Below, piece after piece: positions 19,355 through 30,542 of a stretch of 49,996 nt of DNA. Where the stretch lies: contig CAAFFL010000172.1 of assembly GCA_900762125.1 (NCBI GenBank), positions 1 to 49,996 of the forward strand, in the 5' to 3' direction. Made by a program: the position numbers and the translations under genes. The stretch is from an uncultured Prevotella sp. Its GTDB lineage: Bacteria > Bacteroidota > Bacteroidia > Bacteroidales > Bacteroidaceae. Positions within the stretch are counted from its first letter, which is position 1; each line of letters starts with the position of its first letter. Below the pieces are notes generated by a model. The model was not told the DNA's origin. It saw only the letters and a program-made list of their open reading frames with translations, and did no database searches.

Positions 19355-19442
19355 TAGATTCATTTCAATAGGTTAAGGTTAGTTTTTTAAAAGGTTAAAG
19401 AGCCCCAATCCGAGCAGTGATGCCGTGGATTGGGGATTTTTA
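19355..19442 (+). ncRNA. Candidate small RNA
   Basis: TATATTTG element at 19342-19349, AU-rich body with no ORF, terminal stem CCCCAATCC/GGATTGGGG plus T-tract. Confidence 0.5.
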
Positions 19443-20705
19443 TTAAAACGAGTAGCTGAAGCCTAGTGAAACGAATTCCTTGAACTGCCAGTAGCCATGA
19501 TGGTCATCACGCTTGGCACCATCGTCGAAGCGAGGATAGACGAAGAGCTTCGTGGAGAGGTAGCGGTTGAACTGGAATGTGAACGTATTCTCCCACTCCA
19601 TCTCCGCACGTTTATAAGTGGTGTAGCCGTAAAGGCGCGTCTGCCAAAGGAGGTTCTCCATCAGCTTCCACTTCAGATCCAGCGTCAGCTGCGAACCGTA
19701 GTCGTCCAGCGTGTGATGCCCTTCCTTCAGGCCATAGCGTGTGGCAAGGCCCAGCCGACCAACATATTTCAGATTGAAAGCAAAGGGAGCCAGGTGCACG
19801 CTGCCCTTCAGGCGGTGTTTCAGCCAGTCGACATTGTAGTCCATACCGACGGAGAGGTTGAGGTTGAAGGGTGACATGAAGTCGGACTGCACAACATCCT
19901 GATTACTTTTATAGTTACGCACAAACTGAGTATAGGCGATGAGCTGAAAGGTGTAGTACCATTTCTTCGTTGCTTGCAGGCCGAGTTTACCCGTGTAGCG
20001 CAGCAGGTCCTGCGACGACTTCACACTGTGCAGCGAGTCGTCCTTCGTCGTCTGCATGCCGAGTTTCATCTCCAGCTTGTTCTCCCACTTCACCTTCTGC
20101 TTGTTGTTGTAGTTCGCCTGCAGCGTCAGGGCACCCACCATGGAGTAGTTGCTCTCACCGCCTTGGTACCAGTTTGACGAGACATAGTTTTGCAGAAATT
20201 GCAGATAGTAGTCGCCTCCGAAGTCCCAGAAGTTCGGCTTCAGCACGACGATGTCCACCGGCACGGGCATAGCCTCCTCCGGAGCCACCTTCGTCACCGT
20301 CGCCGTCGGCTTCTCCGTGACGGTCTTGGGTGCAATGATGCCGCCAGTCTTCTCCAGCTGCCGCTGTGTCGTCGTGATGAGGTCCGGACGATGGAGGTAC
20401 ATCGAGAGCAGGTGGTTGTCGATGGTCGTCAAGCTGTCGGAGAGGGAGAACGCCCGGTGAGCCTCCTGCCGATAGAACGTCAACGGCAGGAACAGCCGAG
20501 CCATGTCAGCGTCCTTCACCACCGGTGGCACCGTGACGCTGTCCCTATAGAGCGAGTCGGCATAGTGACGCAGCGAGTCACTGTACTGTTCCACCTTGCT
20601 GTCGGCCTTGCGCTGCCGCGTCGTATATCTGGATCGTGCCTGTCCCAACGCCGCCGTAGAGGCCAACGCCAGCAGCAGAAGCACAATAGAAAAACGGTAT
20701 TTCAT
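19443..20705 (-). CDS. DUF3078-like outer-membrane beta-barrel protein
   Basis: Signal peptide, QNYVSSNWYQGGESN motif, C-terminal LGFSYSF barrel signature. Confidence 0.8.
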   Translation of the reverse strand: MKYRFSIVLLLLALASTAALGQARSRYTTRQRKADSKVEQYSDSLRHYADSLYRDSVTVPPVVKDADMARLFLPLTFYRQEAHRAFSLSDSLTTIDNHLLSMYLHRPDLITTTQRQLEKTGGIIAPKTVTEKPTATVTKVAPEEAMPVPVDIVVLKPNFWDFGGDYYLQFLQNYVSSNWYQGGESNYSMVGALTLQANYNNKQKVKWENKLEMKLGMQTTKDDSLHSVKSSQDLLRYTGKLGLQATKKWYYTFQLIAYTQFVRNYKSNQDVVQSDFMSPFNLNLSVGMDYNVDWLKHRLKGSVHLAPFAFNLKYVGRLGLATRYGLKEGHHTLDDYGSQLTLDLKWKLMENLLWQTRLYGYTTYKRAEMEWENTFTFQFNRYLSTKLFVYPRFDDGAKRDDHHGYWQFKEFVSLGFSYSF

Positions 20706-20818
20706 GCTTTTGTTTGGTTTGTTGCGGTATGCTGTTCGCTGTTGGACCAGGGGCTCTTACAAAGAGCTCCGCGCTCTCACTCTTCGTCCTTTTGTCAGCC
20801 TTCGCCGCTTTTTGTTTG

Positions 20819-20878
20819 CAAAGTTAACAATTATCGCTCAATATTTATTGTTCATGTCACAAATTTATGTTACCTTTG
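20819..20878. promoter_or_regulatory. Divergent -7 promoter elements (DUF3078-like gene / pyrG)
   Basis: TAACTTTG on minus at 20819-20826; TACCTTTG on plus at 20871-20878. Confidence 0.65.
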
Positions 20879-20898
20879 CAACATATTTTTAATTATAA

Positions 20899-22518
<1,620 letters not shown>

Positions 22519-22587
22519 CCTCATATAAGTAAGGTATTGCAACCACCGCTGACGCTTTTTTCACAAGCGCCTCAAAAATAAAAATCA

Positions 22588-24546
22588 ATGGATAGAAACT
22601 CAATCATCGGCTTCGTGCTCATCGCCCTCGTCCTCATCGGCTTCGGTGTCTACACCCAGCCCTCAGAGGAGGAACAGCGTCAGGCCTACGTGCAGGACTC
22701 CATCGCACAGGCCAAGGCGCAACAGGCACAGAAAGCTGCAAAGCTGGCAGCGGCCAACAAACAGCAGGCACAGAAGGAGAAGGTCCTCGCGGACACGACA
22801 GCCCTCTTCCACAGTGCTCTCACCGGTAAGGCACAGGACATCGTGCTGCAGAACAGCAAGGTGGCCCTGACGTTCTCCACCAAGGGCGCCACGATCACGA
22901 AGGCGTATATCAAGAACGAGAAAGGCTCAAAGCGCTATGTCGGCCACAACATCGGCGACCGCAGCGGAAAGAGCGACGACAAGATGGGCGTCACCCTCTT
23001 CCAGGGCAAGGACCAAAGCCTGAACTTCACGCTCGTGGCCAAGGAGATGAACATCGCCACGAAGGACCTCTATTTCCAGGCCTCGGGTGTCACCGACTCC
23101 ACCGTGACCTTCACCGCCACGGCAGCAGCGGGCAAAACGCTGACTCTCACCTATCGTCTCGGACAGGACTATCTGCTCCACATGAGTCTCCAGGCGAAGG
23201 GTATGAGTGGGCTCTTCGACCCGAACGCCAGCAAGATGAACGTCGACTGGACTGAGCGCGTGCGCGAGCAGGAGCGTGGCTTCATGTTCGAGAACCGCTA
23301 TGCCCGTCTGGACTATAAGGATATGGATGGCGACCAGCACTACCTCAGCGAATCATCCTCCAAACAGGAGACGGCCGAGGAGAACATGATGTGGCTCGCC
23401 TACAAGAACCAGTTCTTCTCCGCAATGATGATCTCCAAGGATGGCTTCGACAAGAACGCCGACCTCCAGAGCACCGTCTACGACAAGAAGGCGCAGGAGA
23501 ACTGGAAGGTGCGCTATCTCAAGGAGTTCCAGTCTTCGCTCAAGGCGCCCTTCGACCCGTCGGGGGTGAAGTCCAGTGATTTCGAGTTCTACTACGGTCC
23601 GAACGACTTCTACGTATTAAAGAATGTAGAGAAGCAGTCCGCCTTTGGCCACGAGCTCGACATGGAGCGTCTGGTCTACCTCGGCTGGCCGCTCTTCCGC
23701 TATATCAACCGTTGGTTCACGCTGCCGGTCTTCACCGTCATGAGCAACAACCTCGGCTTCTCCATGGGTATCGTCCTGATCCTCATCACGTTGCTCCTCA
23801 AGGCCATCACCTACCCGATGGTGAAGAAGAGCTATATGTCGTCGGCGAAGATGCGCGTCTTGAAGCCGAAGGTGGATGCCGCTACGGCACAGTATAACAA
23901 GCCCGAGGACCAGATGATGAAGCAGCAGGCGATGATGGCGGAGTATGCGAAGTACGGTGCCTCGCCCCTCTCCGGCTGTCTGCCGATGCTCATCCAGATG
24001 CCTATCTGGATCGCGATGTTCAACTTTGTGCCTAACGCCATCCAGCTGCGTGGCGAGAGTTTCCTGTGGATGAACGACCTCTCCACCTACGACCCGATTT
24101 TCGAGTGGGGCAAGAACCTCTGGCTCATCGGCGACCACCTCTCGCTGACGTGTATCCTCTTCTGCGCTTCCCAGCTCATCTACTCCTGGTTCACCATGCA
24201 GCTGCAGAAGGACCAGATGGTCGGAACGGTGGAGCAACAGCAGCAGATGAAGATGATGCAGTGGATGATGATGCTCATGCCGCTAATGTTCTTCTTCATG
24301 TTCAACGACTACTCCTCTGGTCTGAACTTCTACTACTTCATCTCCCTCATCCTCTCGGCCTTCATCATGTGGCTGCTCCGCAAGACCACGAACGACGAGA
24401 AGCTCCTGAAGATTCTCGAGGCTCGCTACAAGGAGAACCAGTCGAACCCGAAGAAGCAGAAGGGCATGATGGCTCGCATGCAGGCGCTCCAGCAGCAGGC
24501 CATGGAGATGCAGCGCCAGCAACAAATGCAACAAAACAGAAAGTGA
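22588..24546 (+). CDS. yidC: Membrane protein insertase YidC
   Basis: N-terminal anchor, periplasmic domain, SPLSGCLPMLIQMPIW, SFLWMNDLS. Confidence 0.95.
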   Translation: MDRNSIIGFVLIALVLIGFGVYTQPSEEEQRQAYVQDSIAQAKAQQAQKAAKLAAANKQQAQKEKVLADTTALFHSALTGKAQDIVLQNSKVALTFSTKGATITKAYIKNEKGSKRYVGHNIGDRSGKSDDKMGVTLFQGKDQSLNFTLVAKEMNIATKDLYFQASGVTDSTVTFTATAAAGKTLTLTYRLGQDYLLHMSLQAKGMSGLFDPNASKMNVDWTERVREQERGFMFENRYARLDYKDMDGDQHYLSESSSKQETAEENMMWLAYKNQFFSAMMISKDGFDKNADLQSTVYDKKAQENWKVRYLKEFQSSLKAPFDPSGVKSSDFEFYYGPNDFYVLKNVEKQSAFGHELDMERLVYLGWPLFRYINRWFTLPVFTVMSNNLGFSMGIVLILITLLLKAITYPMVKKSYMSSAKMRVLKPKVDAATAQYNKPEDQMMKQQAMMAEYAKYGASPLSGCLPMLIQMPIWIAMFNFVPNAIQLRGESFLWMNDLSTYDPIFEWGKNLWLIGDHLSLTCILFCASQLIYSWFTMQLQKDQMVGTVEQQQQMKMMQWMMMLMPLMFFFMFNDYSSGLNFYYFISLILSAFIMWLLRKTTNDEKLLKILEARYKENQSNPKKQKGMMARMQALQQQAMEMQRQQQMQQNRK

Positions 24547-24630
24547 CCCCATTGCGCCTGTCTTTACCTTAGTGGTATCGCAGGCCACCGTTTTGCTGGC
24601 TTTCCTAAGCCAGCACCATAAAGAAAGCTT

Positions 24631-26841
24631 ATGAACAAAATAACAACCGCCTGCCTCGCCCTCGCCATGGCATCCGCACCCCTGGCCTCGCAGGCACAGA
24701 CTATGATTCAAAAGAACAACATCACCCTCACCTCCGACCTGATGTCGCCTGAGGCTCTCTGGGCTATGGGCCGCATCGGTGGCGTCACGCCATCCCCCGA
24801 CGGCAAGCAGGTTGTCTACCAGGTCAGCTACTACAGCGTGAAGGAGAACAAGAGCCATACGATGCTCTTCATCCAGCCCACAGCAAAAGCAAAGAAGGCC
24901 TTCGCCACTCCTACCGCGCTGACCACCGACGCCAAGAGCGAGAGCGATGCCGCATGGATCGAGGGTGGCACAAAGATTGCCTTCCTCCGTGAGGGACAGC
25001 TCTGGAAGATGAACCCTGACGGCACCGGACGCGTGAAGCTCACCGCCTCGAAGCTCGACATCGACGCGTTCTCGTTCTCTCCCGACGGCAAGCATGTCGT
25101 CCTCGTGAAGAGCATCGACCACAACGGCGCCATCCAGAAGAACCCCGCCGACCTGCCGAAGGCCACAGGCATGATCATCACCGACATGAACTACCGTCAC
25201 TGGGATCACTATGTGACGACGATCGCCCATCCGTTCCTCGCTGAGGTCAATGGCGACCAGGCCACCGACGGCAAGGACATCATGCAGGGCGAGCCCTACG
25301 AGGCTCCCGTTGCTCCGTTCGGCGGCATCGAGCAGATCGCCTGGTCCAATGATTCGAAAACCATCGCCTACACTTCTCGCAAGAAGGAGGGTGTGCGCTA
25401 TGCAAACTCCACGGATACGGACATCTTCCTCTACGATATAGCCACGGGCTCTACGACGAACATCTGCAAACAGTTTAAGGACGACGCTCAGAAGGCTGCC
25501 TTTGAGCAGGCGCTAAAGGATGTGGACTTCACCAAGTCGCTCCGCCATCAGAAGGTCAACAGTGCTAAGTTCAAGAACCTCATGGTGGGTTATGACCAGA
25601 ACCCGCAATACTCCCCCGACGGCCGTTTCATCGCTTGGCAGAGCATGGAGCACGACGGCTACGAGAGTGACCTCAACCGCCTCTGCATCTACGAGATTGC
25701 CACGGGCAAGAAGACGTTCCTCACCGCAGCCGACAACTACGACTCCAATGTCGACGGCTTCTGCTGGGCTCCGGACTCGAAGAGCCTTTACTTCACTGGC
25801 TGCTGGCATGCCACAGAGCGCATCTACCAAGTGACGCTCGACCGTAAGGTTCGGCAGATCACCGACGAGAGTTGGAACGATTTCGGCTCCATCGCAATGC
25901 TCAACAACAAGCAACTCATCGCTACCCGCCACTCGATGCTTCATCCAGACGAGATCTTCGTCGTCACGCCATCGAAGAAGGACGGCCAGGCAAAGGTGGA
26001 GCAGATCACTGACGAGAACGGCCACATCTTCGCGCAGCTCGCCTCGGCAACCATCCAGCAGCGATGGGTGAAGACCTCCGATGGCAAGCAGGAGCTCGTC
26101 TGGATCATCCTCCCACCCCACTTCGACGCATCGAAGAAATATCCCACCTTATTATATTGTGAGGGCGGGCCGCAGAGTCCTGTCTCGCAGTTCTGGTCCT
26201 ACCGCTGGAACTTCTCTATCATGGCGGCCCATGGCTATGTCATCGTGGCACCGAACCGCCGCGGTCTGCCGGGCTTCGGCTCAGCGTGGAACGAGGAGGT
26301 CAGCCAGGACTGGACGGGGCAGTGCATGAAGGATTATCTCTCGGCCATCGACGACGCTGTGGCGAACCTCCCATTCGTCGACCGTGACCGTCTCGGTGCC
26401 GTGGGTGCTTCCTTCGGCGGCTTCTCGGTTTACTATCTTGCTGGGCATCACGACAAGCGCTTCAAGTGCTTCATCGCTCACGACGGCGCGTTCAACCTCG
26501 AGTCGATGTACACCGATACCGAGGAGGCGTGGTTCTCCAACTGGGAGTACGACGATGCTTACTGGAACCAGGACCGCACCGCTGCCGCTGACCGCACCTA
26601 TAAGAACTCGCCTCATCAGGCCATCGCCAACTGGGACACTCCGATCCTCTGCATCCATGGCGAGAAGGACTACCGCATCAATGCCAACCAGGGCTTCGGC
26701 GCGTTCAACGCCGCACGGATGAAGGGCATCCCTGCGGAGCTCCTCCTCTTCCCGGACGAGAACCACTGGGTGCTGAAGCCGCAGAACGGCGTGCTCTGGC
26801 AGCGGACGTTCTTCAACTGGCTGGACCGGTGGCTGAAGTGA
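24631..26841 (+). CDS. S9-family peptidase (dipeptidyl peptidase 5-like), periplasmic
   Basis: Signal peptide, beta-propeller repeats (SPDG), EGGPQS, GASFGG nucleophile, HGEKDYR, FPDENHWV. Confidence 0.9.
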   Translation: MNKITTACLALAMASAPLASQAQTMIQKNNITLTSDLMSPEALWAMGRIGGVTPSPDGKQVVYQVSYYSVKENKSHTMLFIQPTAKAKKAFATPTALTTDAKSESDAAWIEGGTKIAFLREGQLWKMNPDGTGRVKLTASKLDIDAFSFSPDGKHVVLVKSIDHNGAIQKNPADLPKATGMIITDMNYRHWDHYVTTIAHPFLAEVNGDQATDGKDIMQGEPYEAPVAPFGGIEQIAWSNDSKTIAYTSRKKEGVRYANSTDTDIFLYDIATGSTTNICKQFKDDAQKAAFEQALKDVDFTKSLRHQKVNSAKFKNLMVGYDQNPQYSPDGRFIAWQSMEHDGYESDLNRLCIYEIATGKKTFLTAADNYDSNVDGFCWAPDSKSLYFTGCWHATERIYQVTLDRKVRQITDESWNDFGSIAMLNNKQLIATRHSMLHPDEIFVVTPSKKDGQAKVEQITDENGHIFAQLASATIQQRWVKTSDGKQELVWIILPPHFDASKKYPTLLYCEGGPQSPVSQFWSYRWNFSIMAAHGYVIVAPNRRGLPGFGSAWNEEVSQDWTGQCMKDYLSAIDDAVANLPFVDRDRLGAVGASFGGFSVYYLAGHHDKRFKCFIAHDGAFNLESMYTDTEEAWFSNWEYDDAYWNQDRTAAADRTYKNSPHQAIANWDTPILCIHGEKDYRINANQGFGAFNAARMKGIPAELLLFPDENHWVLKPQNGVLWQRTFFNWLDRWLK

Positions 26842-26890
26842 GCGGGCTTCCAGCCCGCCTTTTTGGCGAGTCGGGCTTGGTAAGCCCGAC
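26842..26890. repeat. Two REP-like hairpins; the first may act as a terminator
   Basis: GCGGGCT-TCC-AGCCCGC followed by a T-run, then GTCGGGCTT-GGT-AAGCCCGAC. Confidence 0.65.
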
Positions 26891-26946
26891 AAAGAAAAGG
26901 AAAGGGGAAAGGACAGGAAAGAAAACAAAAAAACAAGATAAAGAAA

Positions 26947-28365
26947 ATGGTAGAAGCAATTCAAAAGAAAATGAGCGACTCAGCCGCCATGCGGTGGCTG
27001 GCGCTGTTCCTCGTGGCCTCGGCGATGCTCATGGCCTATCTCTTCGAGGAAGTGATGGACCCGCTGCAGTTCATGCTTGAAGCAACGGGCCGTATGGATG
27101 GACCCAACGCAGGGCAGTGGGTGACCGGCATGGGCTGGTCGGCCACGGAGTTTGGTTTCTTTGCCGGCGCCTACGGCTATTGGAACGTGTTCCTGCTGAT
27201 GCTGTTCTTCGGCGGCATCATCCTCGACAAGATGGGCATCCGCTTCACGTCGACGCTGTCGACGATCCTCATGGCTGGTGGCGCATTCATCAAGTTCTAC
27301 GCCATCGAGTTCATGGATCCGACAGTGATGTGGAACCTTATCTTCTGGAACTTCAAGGCACAGGTCATCGTCGCCTCCATCGGCTTCTCGATCTTCGGCG
27401 TCGGCTGCGAGATCACGGGTATCACCGTCTCGAAGGTCATCACAAAGTGGTTCACGGGCCACGAGATGGCACTCGCCATGGGTCTTGAGATGGCGCTGGC
27501 GCGTCTGGGCTCCGCTGGAGCTCTGACCCTCGCCCCGATCATCGCTTATCACTTCCACAAGATCTCTACCCCGATCCTCCTAGGTGCCCTGCTCCTGTTC
27601 ATCGGCGTGATCAACTTCGTGGTCTACAACATCTTCATGGACCGCAAGCTCGACAGCCAGCTCTCCGCCGAGGAGGCTGCCAGCCAGCAGTCGGGCGAGG
27701 ACGACCAGTTCCACTTCCGCGACCTGAAGCTCATCTTCACCAACCCCGGTTTCTGGCTCATCACGCTGCTCTGTCTGCTGTTCTATTCCGCCGTCTTCCC
27801 CTTCCTGAAGTTCTCGACGAAGATCATGATCGACAAGTACGGCTTCGACAGCAACATCGCCGGCCTCATCCCGTCGATCATCCCGCTGGGCACCATCGTG
27901 CTGACCCCACTCTTTGGCGTGGTCTACGACAAGGTGGGCAAGGGTGCCACGCTGATGCTCATCGGCGCTGCGCTGCTCCTCGGTGTCTACATCGTTCTGG
28001 CTTTGCCCGACCTCACCGCTGGCTGGGTGGCCATCACGATGATGTTTGTCATGGGCGTGGCGTTCTCGCTCGTGCCGTCGGCCATGTGGCCCAGCGTGCC
28101 GAAGATCATTCCGTTCAAACTCCTCGGCACGGCCTACGCCGTGATTTTCTGGATACAGAATATCGGTCTGTCGCTCGTACCGCTGCTCCTCGGCGTGGTC
28201 ATCGATGCGTCGACGACGACGGAGGGTGGCAAGGAGGTCATCAACTACGTCCCGACGATGTCGATCTTCGCCAGCTTCGGCGTAGCCAGTGTGCTCCTCG
28301 CCCTCGGTCTAAAGGCTGTCAATGCCAAGAAACACTATGGCCTCGAGGATGCGAATATGCAGTAA
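26947..28365 (+). CDS. MFS transporter, MFSD1-like (paralogue 1)
   Basis: 12-TM MFS pattern; GGIILDKMG, WFTGHEMALAMGLEMALARLGS, LGTAYAVIFWIQNIGL. Confidence 0.9.
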   Translation: MVEAIQKKMSDSAAMRWLALFLVASAMLMAYLFEEVMDPLQFMLEATGRMDGPNAGQWVTGMGWSATEFGFFAGAYGYWNVFLLMLFFGGIILDKMGIRFTSTLSTILMAGGAFIKFYAIEFMDPTVMWNLIFWNFKAQVIVASIGFSIFGVGCEITGITVSKVITKWFTGHEMALAMGLEMALARLGSAGALTLAPIIAYHFHKISTPILLGALLLFIGVINFVVYNIFMDRKLDSQLSAEEAASQQSGEDDQFHFRDLKLIFTNPGFWLITLLCLLFYSAVFPFLKFSTKIMIDKYGFDSNIAGLIPSIIPLGTIVLTPLFGVVYDKVGKGATLMLIGAALLLGVYIVLALPDLTAGWVAITMMFVMGVAFSLVPSAMWPSVPKIIPFKLLGTAYAVIFWIQNIGLSLVPLLLGVVIDASTTTEGGKEVINYVPTMSIFASFGVASVLLALGLKAVNAKKHYGLEDANMQ

Positions 28366-28377
28366 ACAATCTCACAG

Positions 28378-28411
28378 CTTTCCGGTCTTTCCTGGCCGGA
28401 AAGTTTTTTTT
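28378..28411 (+). terminator. Intrinsic terminator between the two MFS genes
   Basis: Stem CTTTCCGGTC/GGCCGGAAAG plus T8. Confidence 0.75.
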
Positions 28412-28425
28412 AACCCCTCTTACCA

Positions 28426-29799
28426 ATGAAACACTCTTCCGTGAAACGCTGGTCGGTATTGGTTCTGGCTGCCCTCGTGATGATGGCGGGGTACGTCTTT
28501 TGGGACATCGTCTCGCCGTTGTCCACCTCCCTGAAAGCACCGCTCAGCGAGGGCGGCTATGGGTGGACGGCCGCGGAGTATGGGTTCTATGCCGGGAGCT
28601 ACTCCATCTTCAACATCTTCTTCCTGATGCTGTTCTTCGGCGGCATCATCCTCGACAAGATGGGCATCCACTTCACGGGTCTCCTCACCACGGGTGCGAT
28701 GCTCCTCGGGGCGCTGATCAACTACTACGCCATCACGCGCATCCCCTCGCAAAATGTCAGTAACCTGACGCTGACGCTCTTCGGCATGATCCCCTCGCCG
28801 CTGAAGACGCAGGTCCTCGTCGCCGCCATCGGCTTTGGTCTCTTTGGCGTTGGCTGCGACATCACGGGCATCACCGTCTCGAAGGTCATCACGAAGTGGT
28901 TCACCGGTCACGAGCTCGCCTCCGCCATGGGCATCCAGATGGCACTGGCGCGCCTCGGCACAGCCTCCGCTCTGTCGTTCTCGCCGCTCATCGCACAGAC
29001 GTGGGGCCTCTCTGCACCGATCCTCGCAGGCGCCATCGTCCTGCTCATCGGCTTCGTGCTGTTCATCATCTATTGTCCCATCGACCGGCAGTTCGACCAG
29101 GCAGCCCTCCATCCAACCATCAACCATCAACCATCAACCAACAACTTCTCTTTCCGCGACTTCGTCAGCGTCCTGCGTAACTCTGGCTTCTGGCTCATCG
29201 CGATCCTCTGCCTGTGCTTCTACGGTAGCATCCGGCCGTTCATGAAGTTTGCCTCCGACCTGATGGTGAACAAATACGGCGTCGCGGAGACCACTGCGGG
29301 CTGGATCGTCGCCGCCATCCCCTACGGCACCATCGTCCTCACGCCACTCTTCGGATCGCTCTACGACCGTCTCGGCCATGGCATCCGCCTGATGTTCATC
29401 GGCTGCTGCATCCTCGCAGCGTGCCACTTCTGCCTGATGATGCCGTTCATCCATGAGGTGTGGTTTGCCCTGGTGGTGATGGTCTTCGTCGGCATCGCGT
29501 TCTCGCTGGTTCCCTCAGCGTTGTGGCCCTGTGTGCCGAAGATTGTCCCGCTAGCACAGCTCGGCACGGCCTACAGCATCATCTACTACATCCAGAACCT
29601 CGGACTGATGCTCATTCCCTGGCTCGTGGGCGACATCATTGGCCGCCACACCGCTGCCGACGGCACCATCGACTTCACCCTCCCGATGCTCATTTTCCTT
29701 CTGCTGGCCATCGCCGCCTGCGTCATGGCGCTATTGATCCTCTTCATCGACCACAAGAAGGACTACGGCCTCGAAAAAGCAAATATAACTGCAAAGTAG
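28426..29799 (+). CDS. MFS transporter, MFSD1-like (paralogue 2)
   Basis: Same motifs as the upstream paralogue (WFTGHELASAMGIQMALARLG, LGTAYSIIYYIQNLGL). Confidence 0.9.
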   Translation: MKHSSVKRWSVLVLAALVMMAGYVFWDIVSPLSTSLKAPLSEGGYGWTAAEYGFYAGSYSIFNIFFLMLFFGGIILDKMGIHFTGLLTTGAMLLGALINYYAITRIPSQNVSNLTLTLFGMIPSPLKTQVLVAAIGFGLFGVGCDITGITVSKVITKWFTGHELASAMGIQMALARLGTASALSFSPLIAQTWGLSAPILAGAIVLLIGFVLFIIYCPIDRQFDQAALHPTINHQPSTNNFSFRDFVSVLRNSGFWLIAILCLCFYGSIRPFMKFASDLMVNKYGVAETTAGWIVAAIPYGTIVLTPLFGSLYDRLGHGIRLMFIGCCILAACHFCLMMPFIHEVWFALVVMVFVGIAFSLVPSALWPCVPKIVPLAQLGTAYSIIYYIQNLGLMLIPWLVGDIIGRHTAADGTIDFTLPMLIFLLLAIAACVMALLILFIDHKKDYGLEKANITAK

Positions 29800-29800
29800 C

Positions 29801-29831
29801 TTTGCGATTCAAAGAAATTATCGTACCTTTG
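29801..29831 (+). promoter_or_regulatory. Bacteroidetes -33/-7 promoter
   Basis: TTTG (29801)-N19-TACCTTTG (29824). Confidence 0.75.
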
Positions 29832-29839
29832 CACTCTGA

Positions 29840-30511
29840 ATGATGTCGTTTCCTATACAAATCGACTTTTTGGCCCAGATTCTGAAGGGCCTCATCATCG
29901 GCATGGTCGCCTCGGCGCCCATGGGTCCGGTGGGAATCCTCTGCATCCAGCGCACAATGAACAAAGGGCGCTGGTACGGCTTCGTGACGGGCATCGGCGC
30001 CGCCATCAGCGACCTCATCTACGCCATCATCACCGGCGTGGGCATGAGCTTCGTCGTCGAGTTCATCAACGACCCGACCATCAAGTTCTGGTTCCAGATC
30101 ATCGGCAGCGTGGTACTCCTCGTCTTCGGCGTCTATTGCTGGCGCAGCGATCCACGGCGCAACATGCGAGAGGGCGGCAGGCAGAAAGGCACGCTCCTCC
30201 ACAACAGCATCACCGCGTTCCTCGTGACGTTCTCCAACCCCCTGATCATCTTCCTCTTCATGGCGACGTTCGCGCAGTTTGCCTTTGTCATCCCCGACCA
30301 TCCACTGGAGATGACGCTGGGCTTCATAAGCATCATCGGAGGTGCCCTGCTGTGGTGGTACGGCTTGTCGTGGCTCGTCGACAAGGTGCGCGGGAAATTT
30401 GACGCTAGCGGCATCATCATCATCAACAAGATCATCGGCTCACTGGTGATCTTCGTCTCCGTGGCGGTGCTCATCGGCACGGTATTCAACCTCTATTCCT
30501 TCCATTATTAG
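29840..30511 (+). CDS. LysE-family translocator
   Basis: SAPMGPVGILCIQRT, GIGAAISD, TFSNP motifs. Confidence 0.88.
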   Translation: MMSFPIQIDFLAQILKGLIIGMVASAPMGPVGILCIQRTMNKGRWYGFVTGIGAAISDLIYAIITGVGMSFVVEFINDPTIKFWFQIIGSVVLLVFGVYCWRSDPRRNMREGGRQKGTLLHNSITAFLVTFSNPLIIFLFMATFAQFAFVIPDHPLEMTLGFISIIGGALLWWYGLSWLVDKVRGKFDASGIIIINKIIGSLVIFVSVAVLIGTVFNLYSFHY

Positions 30512-30542
30512 TTTTTAGTTTTAGGTTTTTAGTTTAAGACTA

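Noticed and set aside
29780..29813. Possible antisense promoter (TATATTTG, minus) into the end of MFS paralogue 2
   Set aside because: Spacing to the -33 element is off consensus and such 8-mers arise by chance in AT-rich junctions
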